Of a stretch of 41,385 nucleotides of DNA, positions 38,222-41,385 are shown piece after piece; position 1 is the first letter of the stretch, and each line of letters begins with the position of its first letter. The stretch comes from Nitrospirales bacterium. GTDB taxonomy: Bacteria > Nitrospirota > Nitrospiria > Nitrospirales > NS-4. A program made the translations under genes and the position numbers. Where the stretch lies: positions 1 through 41,385 of the forward strand of contig JAXIOW010000111.1 of NCBI GenBank assembly GCA_045403215.1. Reading direction: 5' to 3'. The notes under the pieces are model-generated. The model was not told the DNA's origin. It saw only the letters and a program-made list of their open reading frames with translations, and did no database searches.

Positions 38222-39619
38222 CTAAAAGGGGACGGTCCCCTTTTTCTTGACTTCCAGCGCCAGCTCGACGATCCGCTCCTCGGAGAGGCCCAAGGCGTAG
38301 TAGTGGCGGTAGTGGTGCTCGACGGCTTCGGGGTAGCCCTTCTCGGGCAGCATCTGCTCGCGCAGCGTCTTCACGTGGTCGAGGACCTGCTTGACGAGGT
38401 CCGGGCTGATTTCCACTCCGCGTTCCCGCAGGGTCTTGGTGTGTTTGGCCAGGACGGACTCGACAGCAGCGGCCCCGCTGTGCTTGCCGAACACGAACCG
38501 TTGTTCGCCCCCGACCGTTTCTTCAGCGATGAACTGGTAGATGGCGGGATGGATCGCGATCGCGGCCGTATGGATTCCCGATTCGTGCTTGAAGACGCCC
38601 TCGCCCACGATCGGCTCGTGCGGCTGGAGCGGGATGCCGGAGTACACCTCGACCTTGCGGCGCAGCTCGGTCAAGAGGTCGTAGCGGAAGCCCGGGAGCT
38701 CGACGCCATAGAGCATCTTCAAGATCATGACGACTTCGTGCAGGGGCGTGTTGCCCGCCCGCTCCCCGATGCCGTTGGCCGTCACGCCCATATACAAGGC
38801 TCCGTGGCTGATGGCCCGCACGGTGTTGATCGCCCCCAGGCCGAAGTCGTTGTGAAAGTGCGCCGTCATGGGCACGGGACCGAGCACCTTGACCAACCGT
38901 GGAATGTAATGATCCACCCCTTCGGGTGTGAACACCCCGCAGGTGTCCGAAAAGCACATCCGCGTTCCGCCGGCCCCCACGCAGGCTTTAGCCCAGACCT
39001 CGCCATACGCGACGTCCGACCGCGACGCGTCCTCGGCGGCGAACTCCACGCGCGAGAACCCGCGCTCCCGGGCGTAGCGGATGGCGCCGGTGATCAGGCC
39101 CAGGTTCTGCTCGCGGTAGTAGTCCACCGGCCGGGCCAGCCATTGATCTTCCGGTTGGCCTGCCCGGCGCAGGAGCGTCTTGCCCAACTTGTACTTGAGG
39201 TGCAGGTCGGACAGCGTCGAGAGCACCAGGACGCTCACGTCGTCCGGCTTGGCGCCGACGGCCGTGACGGTGTCCACGACCGCGTCGATGTCCTCCTTGA
39301 GGCTCCGGCACATGGCCAGCACCTCGATGTCCTGACGGATCTCATCCCGCTTCTGCGCCTGCACGATCAGTTGCAAGGCCTTGCGGTCGGATTCGGAGAC
39401 CGCCGGGAAGGCCGGGTCAATGACGTGGACGCCGATGGTCGAAAGCAGCTTGGCCAGAGCCAGCTTCTGCTCGGGTGAGAAGGCCACGCCGGGCATCTGC
39501 TCCCCATCCCGTAGCGTGTCGTCGTAGATGCGGATCTTCGCAGGGTCAGGGAACTTCAGGTGCTTGGTGAAGTGCGTGGGAGGGATCGCCAGTTGATTGA
39601 GGGGTTCTTTCAGGTCCAT
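38222..39619 (-). CDS. HMGL-like 2-oxoacid/acetyl-CoA condensing enzyme (homocitrate / citramalate / 2-isopropylmalate synthase family)
   Basis: IYDDTLRDGEQMPGVAF signature, HFHNDFGLG(A), and TANGIGERAGNTPL(H)E. There is no obvious LeuA-type regulatory domain. The ATG at 39619 has a GGAG SD, while the ORF is open to 39640. Confidence 0.8.
   Translation of the reverse strand: MDLKEPLNQLAIPPTHFTKHLKFPDPAKIRIYDDTLRDGEQMPGVAFSPEQKLALAKLLSTIGVHVIDPAFPAVSESDRKALQLIVQAQKRDEIRQDIEVLAMCRSLKEDIDAVVDTVTAVGAKPDDVSVLVLSTLSDLHLKYKLGKTLLRRAGQPEDQWLARPVDYYREQNLGLITGAIRYARERGFSRVEFAAEDASRSDVAYGEVWAKACVGAGGTRMCFSDTCGVFTPEGVDHYIPRLVKVLGPVPMTAHFHNDFGLGAINTVRAISHGALYMGVTANGIGERAGNTPLHEVVMILKMLYGVELPGFRYDLLTELRRKVEVYSGIPLQPHEPIVGEGVFKHESGIHTAAIAIHPAIYQFIAEETVGGEQRFVFGKHSGAAAVESVLAKHTKTLRERGVEISPDLVKQVLDHVKTLREQMLPEKGYPEAVEHHYRHYYALGLSEERIVELALEVKKKGTVPF
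38224..38245 (-). terminator. Hairpin AAAAGGGGAC-c-GTCCCCTTTT spanning the last codons and stop of the synthase gene (possible partial terminator)
   Basis: The minus strand reads aaaaaggggaccgtccccttttagg: a 9-10 bp stem followed by a short U run that includes the TAG stop. It lies 16 nt before the oxidoreductase GTG. Confidence 0.25.
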
Positions 39620-39715
39620 AGGCGCTCCGGTGAGAGGCAACGGCTAGAAGAATTGTAGCTGGTTTCCGCCGCGCGTTCCACTGTTTCAGGTGCGGCAGAG
39701 TCTCGGGCTGGAGGG

Positions 39716-40447
39716 TTAAGCGGAAGAGGAGTCGGCGTCAGCGTCCTGGTTCTGGAGGATGAGCGGCTCGGCTTCCTTGAGATCCTTGATGTCCCGGAGC
39801 GCCGGCAGGTCCGACAGGTCCTTCAGCCCGAACGCCTGGAGGAACTGTCTCGTCGTCCCGTACATGATGGGACGGCCGGGGGCGTCTTTGCGCCCGACGA
39901 TGCGGACCAGCCGGCGTTCGAGGAGCGTTTGCAGCACGCCTGTGGAATCCACGCCCCGGATCTGCTCGATCTCGGCGCGGACCACCGGCTGCTTGTAGGC
40001 GACGATGGCCAGCGTCTCCATGGCCGAGCGCGACAGCTTGGCGCCCTCCTTGGCCCTTTCCAACCGCTTGATCCACGGCGCGCAGTCCGGCCGCGTGGTG
40101 ATCTGGAATCCCCCGGCGACTTCGACGAGTTGCAGCCCCCGCCCCTCCGCCGCGTAGTCGGCCTGGAGCGCCCGCAGGGCGCTCATCAGTTCCGCACGAG
40201 ACACGCCCTCGACGACTCCAAGCAGGCGGTCCACCGAGAGCGGCTCGCCCGATACGAAGAGGATCGCTTCGAGGATGCCTTTGAGCCCCGAGAGCGGGCT
40301 CTCCGCTTTCTCGCCATAGCCGGCGCCCGGCTCTGCGACCGGTCCCTCATGATGGCCATTGCCTTTGCCAGGACCATGGCCGCCGGCGTGTCCGTGTGAC
40401 CCTTCGTACGCTGCTGCAACCACTTCGGCCACTTCCTCTGTTTTCAT
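39716..40447 (-). CDS. scpB: Segregation and condensation protein B
   Basis: Motifs seen: ILEAILFVSGEPLS, GGFQITTRP, LSRSAMETLAIVAYKQPVVRAEIEQIRGV, GRKDAPGRPIMYGTT..FL..FGL..L.DLP. There is an N-terminal His/Gly-rich extension. ATGA overlap with scpA. Confidence 0.9.
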   Translation of the reverse strand: MKTEEVAEVVAAAYEGSHGHAGGHGPGKGNGHHEGPVAEPGAGYGEKAESPLSGLKGILEAILFVSGEPLSVDRLLGVVEGVSRAELMSALRALQADYAAEGRGLQLVEVAGGFQITTRPDCAPWIKRLERAKEGAKLSRSAMETLAIVAYKQPVVRAEIEQIRGVDSTGVLQTLLERRLVRIVGRKDAPGRPIMYGTTRQFLQAFGLKDLSDLPALRDIKDLKEAEPLILQNQDADADSSSA

Positions 40448-41256
40448 GGGTGTGTCTCCTCAGCGTCTGCACCCTCGACCGCCACCGGCAGGAACGTCCG
40501 TGACAGGAGGATGGGCCCGAAGGCTTCGGCTTGAAAGGCGCGAACCAGCGTGATCCGCATCAACTCCAGCAAGCCCAAGAATGTGACGATCACGACCAGA
40601 CGTCCTTCCTCGGGTGAGAACAAGGCGTCAAACGGCAGGGCAGGCTCGTGCTCCAGTCGCTCCAGGATGTAATTCATGCGGTCCTTGACCGTCAGGTGCT
40701 CGGCCGTCACCTCGATCAGCGTCTTCGCCGGAACCCGCTGCAGCACTCCCTGCAGAGCATCCACCAGGTCGAACAGTGTCAGCTCCAGCAGCGCGCCGTC
40801 CTCCTCCCCTGGCAGGCCCTGACGGCTTGCATCGACAATCGCCGGACGGCCGAAGACCTCCCGCCACTGCTGGCCGCGCTGCACCAACTCGCCAGCCGCC
40901 TCCTTGAACTGCTTGTATTCCAGGAGCCGCCGGACCAGCTCGGCCCGAGGGTCTGCGCCCGTTTCGTCCTCGTCGTCCCCGTCGGCTTCAACCGGCAGCA
41001 GCATCCGGGACTTGATGTGGATCAGTGTGGCCGCCATCACCAGGAACTCGCCGGCGACCACCAGGTTCAGCGACTTCATCATGCTGATGTAGTCGAGGTA
41101 CTGTTTGGTGATCACCGCGATCGGGATGTCGTAGATGTTGATCTCATTCTTCTTGATCAGATGCAGCAGGAGGTCCAGCGGACCCTCGAACTCGTCCAAG
41201 CGGATGCGATAGGAGTCCTCCGCCGCATCAAAACCGGTGTCACGAGCATCCGCCAT
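40444..41256 (-). CDS. scpA: Segregation and condensation protein A
   Basis: Motifs seen: LDEFEGPLDLLLHLIKKNEINIYDIPIAVITKQYLDYI and the conserved C-terminal winged-helix region (VVIVTFLGLLELMR). Confidence 0.92.
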   Translation of the reverse strand: MADARDTGFDAAEDSYRIRLDEFEGPLDLLLHLIKKNEINIYDIPIAVITKQYLDYISMMKSLNLVVAGEFLVMAATLIHIKSRMLLPVEADGDDEDETGADPRAELVRRLLEYKQFKEAAGELVQRGQQWREVFGRPAIVDASRQGLPGEEDGALLELTLFDLVDALQGVLQRVPAKTLIEVTAEHLTVKDRMNYILERLEHEPALPFDALFSPEEGRLVVIVTFLGLLELMRITLVRAFQAEAFGPILLSRTFLPVAVEGADAEETHP

Positions 41257-41265
41257 AGACTTCTG

Positions 41266-41293
41266 ACTATACCAGATTTAGGGCAGAAGGCAA
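41266..41293 (-). promoter_or_regulatory. Candidate sigma70 promoter TTGCCT-N16-TATAGT immediately upstream of scpA
   Basis: The -10 ends 9 nt before the scpA ATG and no SD lies between them. This implies a leaderless or near-leaderless transcript if the promoter is used. Confidence 0.35.
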
Positions 41294-41318
41294 GTCTTCC
41301 CTCAAGATATGGTAGGCG

Positions 41319-41384
41319 CTACCCTTTTTTCAGGATCACGATGAAGGCGATGAGGAATAGAAGGAGGGCTACCCCCACGATGGC
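41319..41384 (-). CDS. 3' end of an unidentified membrane protein gene (the rest lies outside the window)
   Basis: The minus-strand frame reads AIVGVALLLFLIAFIVILKKG-stop (TAG at 41321-41319), a hydrophobic helix plus basic anchor. It is too short for assignment. Confidence 0.3.
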   Translation of the reverse strand, partial: AIVGVALLLFLIAFIVILKKG

Positions 41385-41385
41385 C

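Overview
This is a high-GC, densely coding bacterial chromosomal segment of about 41 kb. It consists mostly of core housekeeping genes in tight, often ATGA-overlapping operons. My guess is a Nitrospira-like or related lineage, but I ran no search.

Plus-strand blocks:
- Two tandem YfhO-like membrane protein paralogs followed by bioF, then an SDR gene and bioD.
- A small zinc-ribbon ORF, then rsmD, coaD, an aminotransferase and an FmdB-like gene.
- Two orphan ORFs, then dnaE and accA.
- A PEP-utilizer-domain protein and a DUF4124-like protein.

Minus-strand blocks:
- radC, a hypothetical gene, then trpE, trpG, trpD and trpC.
- A roughly 10 kb co-directional run: pilT, pilU-like, zinc-ribbon/receiver-like, purH, purD, tsaC, sensor kinase, sigma54 activator, lipoprotein.
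- rhlE.
- A lower-GC two-gene orphan cassette.
- scpA, scpB, an HMGL-family synthase, a GlcD/GlcF-type fusion oxidoreductase and a small diheme cytochrome c.

No rRNA, tRNA, CRISPR array, transposase or integrase was recognised.

Most notable non-standard signals:
1. Two copies, in opposite orientation, of an AT-rich CGTTAWW heptamer-repeat palindrome lie inside the trp operon. One copy sits exactly between a strong orphan Shine-Dalgarno and the SD-less trpG start codon, which suggests a possible hairpin-bridged RBS.
2. A near-consensus sigma54 promoter with an upstream inverted repeat precedes a 56-aa zinc-ribbon ORF.
3. A lower-GC orphan two-gene cassette has a near-consensus sigma70 promoter and is inserted between rhlE and the oxidoreductase operon.
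4. A cytoplasmic FAD/Fe-S oxidoreductase is translationally coupled to a membrane-anchored diheme cytochrome c.
5. A pilT/pilU pair is coupled to a zinc-ribbon/pseudo-receiver protein with no other pilus genes nearby.

All functional calls rest on motifs recognised by eye. No database search was run.
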